NCBI GenBank assembly: GCA_000503835.1
Contig: CP006914.1
Location: 657,680-721,679 of the forward strand
Reading direction: 5' to 3'
Length of the DNA: 64,000 nucleotides
DNA from: a candidate division WWE3 bacterium RAAC2_WWE3_1
GTDB lineage: Bacteria; Patescibacteriota; WWE3; UBA101185; UBA10185
A model generated the notes under the pieces. That model made no database searches. It was not told where the DNA came from and worked only from the letters and a program-made list of their open reading frames with translations. Positions 1-9,387 of the stretch are shown here, one piece after another (the stretch's first letter is position 1; every line of letters starts with the position of its first letter). Made by a program: the position numbers and the translations under genes.

Positions 1-248
1 CAACAAAAGAGGAGGTCAACAAGGTTTTTCTTGAAGCCAAGAATAATCCGTTCTACAAGGGTGTTCTGGACGCTACTTATGCCCCTCTAGTCTCATCCGA
101 TATTATAAAAAGCAATTATTCGGCCATTGTTGATCTGGAGATGACGCGTGTGGTCGACGGCGATCTGATAAAGATCCTGGCTTGGTACGATAATGAGTGG
201 GGTTACAGCAACAGGCTTGTCGAGCTGGCTCTTTTGACGATTTCCTAA
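1..248 (+). CDS. gap: glyceraldehyde-3-phosphate dehydrogenase, C-terminal fragment (5' end outside window)
   Basis: In-frame translation ends ...LAWYDNEWGYSNRLVELALLTIS*, the classic GAPDH C-terminal motif. Stop at 246-248. Confidence 0.85.
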   Translation, partial: TKEEVNKVFLEAKNNPFYKGVLDATYAPLVSSDIIKSNYSAIVDLEMTRVVDGDLIKILAWYDNEWGYSNRLVELALLTIS

Positions 249-272
249 TATTATCCCTATACAAATGATAAA

Positions 273-1259
273 ATGGTTCCAATGAAATCAGTGTTGGAAG
301 CTAATATAACCGCCGGGCAAAAAGTCCTTGTAAGATGCGATCTGGATGTGCCGGTGGCACACAGGGAAGTTCAAGAAAAATACCGCTTGGAGGCTTCTTT
401 AGAAACTCTGAAATATATTATTTCCCGAGGCGCCTTGCCTATAATAATGGGGCATATGGGAAATCCCGGGGGTAAAACCGATGAGAGACTTTCAACCAAA
501 ACACTTTCATTCTTTTTCGATAATGAGCTGGGCGCGGGAAAGTACGAACTTATGGAAAACCTTCGTTTTAACCGCGGTGAAGAAGAAAATAATCTCCAAT
601 ATGCCAGGCAGTTGGCCGGCAACGGTAACATCTACGTAAACGAAAGCTTCGCCACCTCACACAGAAAACACGCGTCTATCGTAGGTATCCCCGAATGGTT
701 GCCTTCGTACGCAGGAATACGTTTTCTAAAAGAGATAGAAAATCTAAACGTCCTGCAGGGAGATGTGAAAAGACTTTTCGTAATAGTTATTGGCGGGGCG
801 AAGCTGGAAAGTAAGCTTCCCGTAGTGAAAAAATTCCTGAAAAGAGCTGATTTCATTTTATTGGGGGGCAAGCTGGGAACGGAATGGAAAGAGGAAATTC
901 CGTTCAATCTTGTGTTACCCGAGGACTATGCTCCTGAAAATAAAGATATCGGTAAACAAACAATTGCAAAATACACGGAAATTATTAACAGGGCGGGAAC
1001 GGTGCTTTGGGCAGGTCCTATGGGAGCCTATGAACAGCCGGAATATTCCCTGGGAACTATAGAAATCGCTTCAGCAATTGCTAAAAAAACGAAGGAAGGC
1101 GCTTTTACAGTTGTCGGCGGAGGGGATACAATAACGGCCGTCAGCAGTTATTCTCTGCTCGATAAATTTAGTTTTGTCTCTACCGGGGGCGGAGCGATGT
1201 TACAGTATTTAGCCGAGAGAACCTTACCCGGAATAGAAGCCTTAAATAAAAGAAAATAA
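273..1259 (+). CDS. pgk: phosphoglycerate kinase
   Basis: 328-aa ORF. N-terminal VLVRCDLDVP substrate-binding motif and C-terminal GGGDT...STGGGA motifs typical of PGK. Directly follows gap. Confidence 0.9.
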   Translation: MVPMKSVLEANITAGQKVLVRCDLDVPVAHREVQEKYRLEASLETLKYIISRGALPIIMGHMGNPGGKTDERLSTKTLSFFFDNELGAGKYELMENLRFNRGEEENNLQYARQLAGNGNIYVNESFATSHRKHASIVGIPEWLPSYAGIRFLKEIENLNVLQGDVKRLFVIVIGGAKLESKLPVVKKFLKRADFILLGGKLGTEWKEEIPFNLVLPEDYAPENKDIGKQTIAKYTEIINRAGTVLWAGPMGAYEQPEYSLGTIEIASAIAKKTKEGAFTVVGGGDTITAVSSYSLLDKFSFVSTGGGAMLQYLAERTLPGIEALNKRK

Positions 1260-1510
1260 TGCCAAAAATATTAAAAATAAGTTTTCCTGAGAAATGCGTA
1301 GGTTGCGAGATGTGCGCCATAGAAGCTCAACGACAGCTTAGAAAAATCGGGCTCGAGGGGGCGTTAATACGCGTCTTTAGGAACACAAACTCAAAGCTCG
1401 GAAACATAGAATACGCCTTAGAAATAGATCCGAGAATCAGCAGTCTTAACGTGGATAAAATACAAAAAATATGTCCGAAAGGCGTATTTGAAGTTGAGGA
1501 GACAGACTAA
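1259..1510 (+). CDS. small 4Fe-4S ferredoxin-like protein
   Basis: 83 aa with C-x2-C-x2-C (CVGCEMC) plus a distal CP (KICPKG), the single-cluster ferredoxin pattern. Start overlaps the pgk stop. Confidence 0.4.
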   Translation: MPKILKISFPEKCVGCEMCAIEAQRQLRKIGLEGALIRVFRNTNSKLGNIEYALEIDPRISSLNVDKIQKICPKGVFEVEETD

Positions 1511-2353
1511 ATGGAAACAAGACCGAGAAAGGTACTATCCATAGATCTGACAAAAAAGGAATACGAGGTAAAAAGTTTCGAAGATCTCAACAGTTACATC
1601 GGGGGTGTAGGGCTGGGATTCAAATTAATGGAGATGTATTACGATAAAAATCCTCTGATATTCGCAGTGGGCCCTCTGAATGGTCTTTTTCCCTTCGCAT
1701 CAAAAACGGCAGTCGTTATAAATAATGACGGGGTAATTGAAGATGTTTATCTTGGAGGAAGTATATCTTTACGCATAAGGTATGCCGGTCTGGATGCACT
1801 TGTCATACACGGGACTGCACAGGAACAAACTGTTCTGGATATCACAAATGCCGGTGTAAGTTTTAAAAATCAATCCGAAGATCCTGACACTTTGGGACTT
1901 CCCGGAAAAAGAAGCGTTATAAAAATGGACGGTTCAAAAATATTACTGGGCGGTTACTTTACGACCCCCGAACATTTCCTCGAAAAAGAATTCACGGATA
2001 AAAACATCTCCGGAATAGTAGTAACCGGTACAGAACTGATAAACATAAAGGACTTCGATAAATATGAAGAACTATACAAAAAGATCCTAAATAGAAAAAA
2101 CGAACTCAGCGTTATGGAGGGAACGTATCCGTCATGCTCTAACTGTCCGATGGGGTGCGGAAAATCAAAGACCGGAGAGATGGGCGGGAACGTCCTTCTG
2201 CACAGCCTGGTAGCCTGCCAATATGCGGATAGAATATATACTGACGTCGGTGTGGTCTTTTCCTGCCTCAATGTACTGGGGTACAATTACACTCATGAAG
2301 ATATCGAGGCTTTGCCGAAATTGATAGAACAAACACTAAGGAGGATCTCGTGA
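1511..2353 (+). CDS. truncated aldehyde:ferredoxin oxidoreductase (AOR) family protein, N-terminal domain only
   Basis: 280 aa. N-terminus (KVLSIDLTKKEYEVKSF..GGVGLGFKL...PLIFAVGPLNG...YAGLDALVIHG) aligns by eye to the AOR N-terminal domain. Retains a C-x2-C-P-x-G-C-G Fe-S motif (CSNCPMGCG). Lacks the ~320-aa tungstopterin-binding domains. Confidence 0.5.
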   Translation: METRPRKVLSIDLTKKEYEVKSFEDLNSYIGGVGLGFKLMEMYYDKNPLIFAVGPLNGLFPFASKTAVVINNDGVIEDVYLGGSISLRIRYAGLDALVIHGTAQEQTVLDITNAGVSFKNQSEDPDTLGLPGKRSVIKMDGSKILLGGYFTTPEHFLEKEFTDKNISGIVVTGTELINIKDFDKYEELYKKILNRKNELSVMEGTYPSCSNCPMGCGKSKTGEMGGNVLLHSLVACQYADRIYTDVGVVFSCLNVLGYNYTHEDIEALPKLIEQTLRRIS

Positions 2354-3000
2354 AATATATCGTAGCCAACTGGAAAATGAATATGAGCTTACAGGACGTG
2401 ATCGGGTGGACGGCCGGATTCGACACATCGGTGTTGAATGCAGATATTGAAGCAATTGTCGCCCCCTCCTCCTTGCACATTTTTCCTGTTGCGGAGATTC
2501 TGAAAAAAACCGGGGTAAGTGTAGCCGCACAGGATGTTTCGGTGGAAGAAAAGGGGGCTCATACAGGTGAAACGGGAGCTTTTCAGATCAAAGAGTTATG
2601 TAAATATGCGGTTATTGGACACAGCGAAAGGAAAGAAACTCCCGAAATTGTTGCCAAAAAAATAGACATTTGTCTGACCAACGGAATAATTCCTATCGTA
2701 TGTTTTGTCGAGCCGAAGAAAATAAGTCTGTATAAACGCCCCGGTATTATGTATGCATGGGAAGACCCGGCAAATATTTCGAAAAACGGCAGGTACAAAG
2801 AAAAAAGTGAGGAGGAAATAAAAGAAGGGGTGAATAAGATAAGGGAAATTTTAGATGATAAAGAACCTCTGCTCTATGGAGGATCAGTTAATGGACAAAA
2901 TATCTCCGGTTTGGTTAATATAGAAAAATTGGACGGTGTTTTAGTAGGCCACGCCAGCCTTGACCCAAGACACTTCTCCGGAATAATTGCCAGTTATTAA
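2350..3000 (+). CDS. tpiA: triosephosphate isomerase
   Basis: GTG start. MKYIVANWKMN N-terminus and an AIGHSERK-like catalytic motif (VIGHSERKE). 4-bp overlap with the upstream gene. Confidence 0.9.
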   Translation: MKYIVANWKMNMSLQDVIGWTAGFDTSVLNADIEAIVAPSSLHIFPVAEILKKTGVSVAAQDVSVEEKGAHTGETGAFQIKELCKYAVIGHSERKETPEIVAKKIDICLTNGIIPIVCFVEPKKISLYKRPGIMYAWEDPANISKNGRYKEKSEEEIKEGVNKIREILDDKEPLLYGGSVNGQNISGLVNIEKLDGVLVGHASLDPRHFSGIIASY

Positions 3001-3009
3001 TAGCATTCT

Positions 3010-4158
3010 ATGAAGTACATGGACATGTGCAAAAAAACTAACGGAACCGTTAGTACCATAAGAAACGAGCGCGGGGGCTCTCAGACAAAAACTCTCAAAT
3101 TTATTGGGGTTATAGGTTTGGTTGCCGCCGTGGCTGTGGCTTTTGTTTTTAAAGATAAGATACTCGCAGCCTTTAACCCCATTTCCGTGGTCGCCACAAT
3201 TGCAGGAACAAATCTCAAAGAAACCGACGGTAGAACGAATGTTTTAATATTGGGATCGGACAGAAGAGTAGCCGGAGCAGAGTCCGGAAGACCTGTGCTG
3301 ACAGACACCATCCTCGTTGCCTCTATAGGAAAAGTTGATAAAGATGTTGTTTTAATCTCTCTCCCCAGAGATTTGTGGGTAAAAGATCTCAACGGTTCAC
3401 ACAAAATTAACTCAGTTTATGCTTTCTCAAAGGGAGGGGAGGGGGCCGACAACCTGAGAGCAGTACTGCAGGATGTTTTGGGAATTCCGATTCACTATCA
3501 CGTTATGGTCTCTTTCGATCTTTTCCAAGAGATAATAGACATTCTCGGAGGAGTCGAAGTTACCGTAGACACATCTTTCACCGACTACGCGTATCCTATC
3601 GAAAACATGGAGGATAACAAATGCGGAAGAACAGACGAAGAAATTAAAAAGATGGGCGAAGAAGGTAAATCCGAACTTGAAATCTACTTTTGCAGATACG
3701 AAAAAATCGTGTTCAATCAGGGAGTGCAAAGCATGAACGGCGATACAGCCCTGAAATTTGTCAGGTCACGCCACGGAACCAACAACGAAAACACGGATTT
3801 TGCGAGATCCAGAAGACAGCAAAAAATTATCACGGCAATTAAAAATAAGTCGCTGTCGATCCAAACGCTGGTCAATCCCACGAAGCTTAAAAATTTGTAC
3901 GACGCTTACGCACAAAATACCGACACCGACATAGATTTCGGAGCCGTTAATTCTTTCTACCTGCTGTCGCAACAGATTAACTTTGACCGTGTGGTGTCCG
4001 TAGTACTCGATGACAGGAGCCCTGCAGATCAGGGAGGACTTCTGTACGCTCCCGGCGATAAAACCTTGTATAACGGACAGTACGTGCTGATACCCCAAAC
4101 CGGGGATTACGTTCAGATCCACGCATTTGTCCAAAGATACCTTTTCGGAGGAAAGTAA
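3010..4158 (+). CDS. LytR-CpsA-Psr (LCP) family cell-envelope protein
   Basis: N-terminal TM helix. NVLILGSDRR...DTILVASI and R..VNSVYAF motifs of the LCP domain. Confidence 0.75.
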   Translation: MKYMDMCKKTNGTVSTIRNERGGSQTKTLKFIGVIGLVAAVAVAFVFKDKILAAFNPISVVATIAGTNLKETDGRTNVLILGSDRRVAGAESGRPVLTDTILVASIGKVDKDVVLISLPRDLWVKDLNGSHKINSVYAFSKGGEGADNLRAVLQDVLGIPIHYHVMVSFDLFQEIIDILGGVEVTVDTSFTDYAYPIENMEDNKCGRTDEEIKKMGEEGKSELEIYFCRYEKIVFNQGVQSMNGDTALKFVRSRHGTNNENTDFARSRRQQKIITAIKNKSLSIQTLVNPTKLKNLYDAYAQNTDTDIDFGAVNSFYLLSQQINFDRVVSVVLDDRSPADQGGLLYAPGDKTLYNGQYVLIPQTGDYVQIHAFVQRYLFGGK

Positions 4159-4862
4159 TGATATACATAGTACACGGAGAAAATCTCTCCAAGTCTAGAG
4201 CTCTTATCCTAAACCAACAAAAGAAACTGATGGTCAGATACAAACAGGAGTTCTCGATACAGGACACAACCCCAACCGACCTTACCAGTAAAATAAGAAG
4301 TATCGATATTTTCGGGGAACCTCAGTTCTTTGTTGTGAACATCTCGGGTGCGGGACGTACTAATCTCGAGGATTACATAGACGTTATAGCGCAAACTCCC
4401 CCTCACACAACCCTCGTCATACTTTCAGAAAAAAAACTAACTGCCTCTAATATTTTTATTAAAAATGCCGGAATAATGAAAGCTCAAATCCTTGAAAACG
4501 AAAGTTTGGTTACCGGAACTTCGTTTGATTTTGTGGATGCCGTTATGAGAAAAGACAGAATTAACTCCTACAAACTCATGCACAGGGAACTGGATAGAGA
4601 TAAAGATCCGTTTGAACTCTTCGCTCTTCTTATGTATGGGCTTAGGTCACTGGCTCAGATTAAACTTGAAAGTCCGTCCTCTTCGGGGATGAATCCTTAT
4701 GTACGTTCCAAACAAAAAAATTTGATCGGAAAATACACCGAAGATGGAGTAAAGGATATGTTCAAAGAATTCTACGAACTGGATTTAAAAACTAAGGTAG
4801 GGGAGATAAACCCCGAGGTTATGCTAACTTTGGCCGTTGAAAAAGTGTTAAACTCTAAATAA
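4158..4862 (+). CDS. hypothetical protein, possibly DNA polymerase III delta (HolA)-like
   Basis: 234 aa. N-terminus MIYIVHGENLSKSRAL resembles the HolA N-terminus. Weak call; the protein is short. Confidence 0.3.
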   Translation: MIYIVHGENLSKSRALILNQQKKLMVRYKQEFSIQDTTPTDLTSKIRSIDIFGEPQFFVVNISGAGRTNLEDYIDVIAQTPPHTTLVILSEKKLTASNIFIKNAGIMKAQILENESLVTGTSFDFVDAVMRKDRINSYKLMHRELDRDKDPFELFALLMYGLRSLAQIKLESPSSSGMNPYVRSKQKNLIGKYTEDGVKDMFKEFYELDLKTKVGEINPEVMLTLAVEKVLNSK

Positions 4863-5593
4863 TGCCGATCCCGATTGAGCCCAGAAAATACGTCAAAGAT
4901 CATTCGAACGACCCCATTTATAAGACGGTAAATTATAGATTTTATTTCAGGTCCAGAATTCTGTCGGGACTGTTGTTGTCCTTGGGGTTTCTGGTACTTG
5001 GAACCCAGGTTGTGCTCCCCCTCGTCTTTTTCAAAACACAGGATGAGATTTCTAAACCTATGCGAAGCAGTATTCTCGGCCTTGCGACAGGATTTGATGA
5101 TTTTGAGTTTGTGGAGCTGGATGAAAAGAACGCAGGGGAGCCCAAAAAACCCGCGGAAACACCAAAATTCTTTACCATTTCGATACCGAAACTCGGGATA
5201 AAGGATGCACTGGTGGAAACCAATTCCCCCAGCCTGCGCCCTGACACAGCACTGGGGCATTATAACGGTTCCGCACTGCCCGGAAGTGTAGGCAACGCCT
5301 TCATTTACGGTCATTCCGTCCTACCCTGGTTCTACAATCCCAGGAACTACAGAACGATATTTTCAACTTTGGGTGATCTGGAGACAGGGGATGAAATCCA
5401 GATTAAATATATGGGAAGGGATTTGAATTATGTTGTAGAGTCCAAAGAACTCCTTCAGCCTGAGAAAGTAGACCCGCTGGCAAATTTTAAACCCGCGTAC
5501 CTCAACGAATCCACACTAATCCTCATGACGTGCTGGCCGCCGGGAACCAAAACAAACAGGTTGTTGGTGAAGGCTGTTCTGACGGAAAAGTGA
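4862..5593 (+). CDS. sortase family transpeptidase
   Basis: N-terminal TM anchor, conserved His (FIYGHSVLPWF) and the TLxTC catalytic motif (LILMTCWPPG). Confidence 0.8.
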   Translation: MPIPIEPRKYVKDHSNDPIYKTVNYRFYFRSRILSGLLLSLGFLVLGTQVVLPLVFFKTQDEISKPMRSSILGLATGFDDFEFVELDEKNAGEPKKPAETPKFFTISIPKLGIKDALVETNSPSLRPDTALGHYNGSALPGSVGNAFIYGHSVLPWFYNPRNYRTIFSTLGDLETGDEIQIKYMGRDLNYVVESKELLQPEKVDPLANFKPAYLNESTLILMTCWPPGTKTNRLLVKAVLTEK

Positions 5594-5595
5594 TA

Positions 5596-6096
5596 TCAAT
5601 TGTCTTTGAGGATTTTTTTCTCGAAACCGCCGAGCGCTGATTTTCTGGGGTTGCTGGCGATGTAGTACATTCCTGTCAGGAAAAATACCAGAGAGACTAA
5701 TAACCCCGCGGTAATTTCAACTGTACCGGTTTCCGGAACAGCACTTCCGCTCCCCGTCGTCTGAGAAGCCGTCGGCGAAGACGTGGCTCCTGCCAGTACT
5801 ACTCCCTCATTAACAGGAACAGCATCAACGGGCTTATCAGCAATCTCTCCGAAAATCGAAGAATCGGATGAAGTGTCAGAAATCCCTTCTACCTGTCCTG
5901 TGTCAACTTCCAGCGCCAATGCATCCGAAGGAAGCGGTTCTGTCGTCACGGGAGCTGTGGAAGCCTGGTATGGCGCGGATGAATTATCTGCACTGCTGTT
6001 CGTCACAAGGTAATAGACAACACTAAACACAATAAGGGAAATGGACAATGTCAATATAAAGGTTTTAAATCCGTTTTTTGCGCTATCGCTGTTCAT
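5596..6096 (-). CDS. hypothetical membrane protein with Ser/Thr-rich region
   Basis: 166 aa with N- and C-terminal hydrophobic helices flanking an S/T/A-rich low-complexity segment. Confidence 0.4.
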   Translation of the reverse strand: MNSDSAKNGFKTFILTLSISLIVFSVVYYLVTNSSADNSSAPYQASTAPVTTEPLPSDALALEVDTGQVEGISDTSSDSSIFGEIADKPVDAVPVNEGVVLAGATSSPTASQTTGSGSAVPETGTVEITAGLLVSLVFFLTGMYYIASNPRKSALGGFEKKILKDN

Positions 6097-6271
6097 AGGC
6101 AGGTTTCAAACTTCGTAGAAACTCTATGTCAATAGTAACATCTATCGGACGGGACATGTCAAGTATATTCTGAGTAATATATTTATCCCTATTTACGTTC
6201 TGGTCTCCGAAGAAAATCCAGAAACCCCCGGCTACGACAAAAAACGCGGTAGTAATAAGTAGTCTTTTCAT
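6083..6271 (-). CDS. small hypothetical membrane protein
   Basis: 62-aa ORF with one hydrophobic helix. In an operon position with the pilN/pilO-like genes. Confidence 0.25.
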   Translation of the reverse strand: MKRLLITTAFFVVAGGFWIFFGDQNVNRDKYITQNILDMSRPIDVTIDIEFLRSLKPAYEQR

Positions 6272-6275
6272 AATT

Positions 6276-6818
6276 TTACAGATTAAATATCCTTAAATTA
6301 ACGGTGGCCTCGGCACTGTCAGTGAGTTTTTCATATTTCACAGAATCTACGACCGTGACCCGCTGCATTCCTTCTAAGGCCGAGATGAAGCCGGAGAGAT
6401 CCCCGGTCCCCTCCAGAATAACCACAATGGGTACCTCTCCCCCCTCGCTCTCAGCAGAAGACACAAAATTCTTCACACTGAATCCTGACGCCGCCGCCTG
6501 CTGCATAAACAGAACCATGTAACTGTGCGTATTCAATTCTTTGGGTACGGTAGCTTCAAGTATAGGTCCGAATCTTTCTGCCACCGAAACGTCCGCCGAC
6601 AGTTCACTTAAACTCTGTAATTTTACGTTCAAACCGTAATTTAGCGCTCTCATTTCCTTGTATAAGGTAACCTTCTTACCCATGCTGAACGCCAACGGGC
6701 CTATGGCGAAAAATCCGAACAAAACCATACATACCAAAGCCCAAACGGTATATATCCTGGAAAGGAACAGTTCGTTCGAAAAAAATAGTTTGGCCGAATT
6801 CTGCACTTCGTCTCTCAT
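6276..6818 (-). CDS. PilO-like type IV pilus assembly protein (bitopic)
   Basis: 180 aa. Short cytoplasmic N-terminus, one TM, periplasmic domain. Size, topology and adjacency to a PilN-like gene. Confidence 0.35.
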   Translation of the reverse strand: MRDEVQNSAKLFFSNELFLSRIYTVWALVCMVLFGFFAIGPLAFSMGKKVTLYKEMRALNYGLNVKLQSLSELSADVSVAERFGPILEATVPKELNTHSYMVLFMQQAAASGFSVKNFVSSAESEGGEVPIVVILEGTGDLSGFISALEGMQRVTVVDSVKYEKLTDSAEATVNLRIFNL

Positions 6819-7411
6819 CTATAAACTCCTTCCAGTTTGACCGCATATACATTCTCGGAGGAGGAAAAAACCGCTTCCTTGATAACCACTTCCGATACTC
6901 CGCCGTCCTTCAGCCAGCTGAGAAACATGCCGGTAATACCGGCGGGTGAACTGCCTTTTACAACAATCTCAAATTTTTCGGGATTAAAATCGACTTTGCT
7001 TAGGCTAAGATCCTGAGAAAGCCTGGACATAATAAAGGAAATCCTGGTGGTCAGCGGCTTTCTGGCGCCGATGGTATTTTTGCTGTAGTTGATCTTACCG
7101 GCGATTTGCCTGGCTTTTTCTTCCACACCTGCGTATTCGTTTATTTTAAATTCCAGGTTTTTCTGCTCGCTGAGAAGGCTGTTGAGAAGGAAAGTCACCA
7201 CCATGTGTGCGGCCAAAAGTCCGGCAAGAGCGACACTAAAAAAAACAATCAACGAGGAGGAAATTTTTACGGTGCTGCCCGCAGTAAACGCTTCGGCACG
7301 TAAAGATTCGGGATTGAAAAATAAAGTGTCGTCCGGTGTATAAATTTCGCCCTTAAGCGTTTTTTCTTCGTTTTCCCGGGGCTTTAGAAAGGGCAGATAT
7401 TTTTCTAGCAT
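6815..7411 (-). CDS. PilN-like type IV pilus assembly protein (bitopic)
   Basis: 198 aa. About 50-aa cytoplasmic N-terminus, one TM, coiled-coil plus periplasmic domain. The 5' 59 nt overlap the rpsT 3' end, so the start is uncertain. Confidence 0.35.
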   Translation of the reverse strand: MLEKYLPFLKPRENEEKTLKGEIYTPDDTLFFNPESLRAEAFTAGSTVKISSSLIVFFSVALAGLLAAHMVVTFLLNSLLSEQKNLEFKINEYAGVEEKARQIAGKINYSKNTIGARKPLTTRISFIMSRLSQDLSLSKVDFNPEKFEIVVKGSSPAGITGMFLSWLKDGGVSEVVIKEAVFSSSENVYAVKLEGVYR

Positions 7412-7649
7412 ACCTAGATTTTAACCTATTTGCCTTGTTTTTATGAATGACTTTTTCCTTTGATGCTTTATCGAGCACTTGCTGAAGAACCTGCATCTGG
7501 TCCTTGACCACTTCCGCACCGTTAGAGGAGGCCAATGAAGCCTTTATACTTTTGATGGAAGACTTGTATTTGTCCTTCCAAAAAATATTGTGTTTTCTTT
7601 TCTTCGCAGAGCCCCTCAGAGCCTTTTTTGCTGATTTAGTATTTGGCAT
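7353..7649 (-). CDS. rpsT: 30S ribosomal protein S20
   Basis: MPNTKSAKKALRGSAKKRKHN... N-terminus and overall K/R-rich helical composition match S20. The ORF track extends to an upstream Met at 7670. Confidence 0.85.
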   Translation of the reverse strand: MPNTKSAKKALRGSAKKRKHNIFWKDKYKSSIKSIKASLASSNGAEVVKDQMQVLQQVLDKASKEKVIHKNKANRLKSRYARKISALSKAPGKRRKNA

Positions 7650-7711
7650 AAGCGCTACGTATGATAACATACTTACGTACTAATTCAACGTTTTTTGCCC
7701 CATGGAAAAGC

Positions 7712-9361
7712 ATGGTTCTGGATATTAACAAAACACAACTTAATGGGGTTCTTCTTAAAACTCAGAACACAATATTGTCCGCGGCCTTTATCATAGCGGC
7801 TTCTAATGGCCTAAACGCCATTTTCGGTTTCCTCAAGGGAAGACTTCTTGCGCACTACTTTGGGGTTTCGAACGAGTTAGCCGTTTTTTACACTGCCGAC
7901 AGAATACCTAATATGGTGTATTCCGTACTTATAGTCGGCGCGGTATCAACCGTTTTTATACCTATTTTCGCGGAAGGACTCAGGAAAGATAAAGAGGAAG
8001 CCAATAAAATGGGGAGCTCCATGATTACGGTGACCCTCGTGTTTTTCTTATTTTTGACCGCTCTGGTATTGTTTCTTGCCAAGCCACTTTTTAATCTTGT
8101 GTCTCTCGGTAAATTCACTCCTGAGGAAGCTTCCCTCGGAGTTACCTTAATGAGAATAATGATGCTTTCCCAGATAATGCTGGTTTTGGGAAGTCTGGCC
8201 ACAAGCATTTTACAAACATTTAAATACTTTTTGGTATCGGCCTTAGCACCTCTGGCCTACAGCACAGGCATGGTTCTGGGAATAATCCTATTTTCGGAGA
8301 AATACGGTATTTACGCCCCGGCTTTTGGTGTGGCCGCCGGCGCAACTTTTCATTTCGCCCTTCAAATACCGGCCCTGCTAAAAACAGGGTTTAATTTCGT
8401 GCCCAAGATTAGCTTCTCAGACAAAGGTCTACGTAGTATGACCGGGCTCGTACCCCCGCGCATTCTCAGCGTGCTCCTGGCCAATCTGATCCAGGTCATA
8501 AACAACAGTTTGGCAATACTCGTATCCACATCGTCCGTTATTTACCTTAAATTTGCGCTTCAGCTCCAATCCTTTCCGGTAAGTTTGTTCGGAATATCCC
8601 TGGGCGCAGCAAGTTTACCGACGCTGGCGACCCAAAGTCGAAAAGAAGATCTGGGAAAGTTTAAAGAAACGTTTACCACATCTCTGATGCAAATGCTTTA
8701 TCTCGTTTTACCACTCAGCATGCTCCTCCTTGTACTAAGAGGGCCGGTCGTACGTATCGTATACGGAGTTTCTAATTTCCCCTGGGAAGCAACTTTAAAA
8801 ACTTCGTATACTTTGGCCTTTTTCAGTATCTCAATATTTGCCCAGAGCACGAACTACCTACTTACCCGGGCATTTTATGCACTCAAGGACACCAAAACTC
8901 CTGTTATAGTAAGCTTGTTTACCACAGCTTTGAACGTACTTCTTTCCCTGTTCTTCGTTACAGAGCTAAAGTTCGGGGTTTGGGCGGTAGCACTTTCTTT
9001 CTCGATAACTTCTCTCATAGACACAATCCTTCTTTTTTATCTTTTGCACAAACAAATCGGGGGTTTTGAGATCGAAAAAATACTCATTCCTTTTACGAAG
9101 ATTTCGTATGCTACTTTATTTATGGGACTCGCGCTTTATATCCCGGTAAAGCTTCTGGACAGGTATATATTCGACACCACAAGAACAATCAACCTGTTAG
9201 GTCTGGTGGGCGTTGCCGGAATATTCAGCACCGCCGCCTATTTCTTTATTACCACACGTATGCACGTCAAAGAAGTTGATTTGTTCTACAAACTAATCAA
9301 AAAACTTACACCCATAAAGAAAGGCGTCCCCTACCTTCCTGAAGAAGAACAGGTTGTTTGA
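7712..9361 (+). CDS. murJ: lipid II flippase MurJ (MviN)
   Basis: Polytopic. N-terminus ...ILSAAFIIAASNGLNAIFGFLKGRLLAHYFGVSNELAVFYTADRIPN is the canonical MurJ start. An in-frame upstream Met at 7661 is also possible. Confidence 0.85.
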   Translation: MVLDINKTQLNGVLLKTQNTILSAAFIIAASNGLNAIFGFLKGRLLAHYFGVSNELAVFYTADRIPNMVYSVLIVGAVSTVFIPIFAEGLRKDKEEANKMGSSMITVTLVFFLFLTALVLFLAKPLFNLVSLGKFTPEEASLGVTLMRIMMLSQIMLVLGSLATSILQTFKYFLVSALAPLAYSTGMVLGIILFSEKYGIYAPAFGVAAGATFHFALQIPALLKTGFNFVPKISFSDKGLRSMTGLVPPRILSVLLANLIQVINNSLAILVSTSSVIYLKFALQLQSFPVSLFGISLGAASLPTLATQSRKEDLGKFKETFTTSLMQMLYLVLPLSMLLLVLRGPVVRIVYGVSNFPWEATLKTSYTLAFFSISIFAQSTNYLLTRAFYALKDTKTPVIVSLFTTALNVLLSLFFVTELKFGVWAVALSFSITSLIDTILLFYLLHKQIGGFEIEKILIPFTKISYATLFMGLALYIPVKLLDRYIFDTTRTINLLGLVGVAGIFSTAAYFFITTRMHVKEVDLFYKLIKKLTPIKKGVPYLPEEEQVV

Positions 9362-9387
9362 TCCGTTCAATAAGGTAAAATCTCCCC

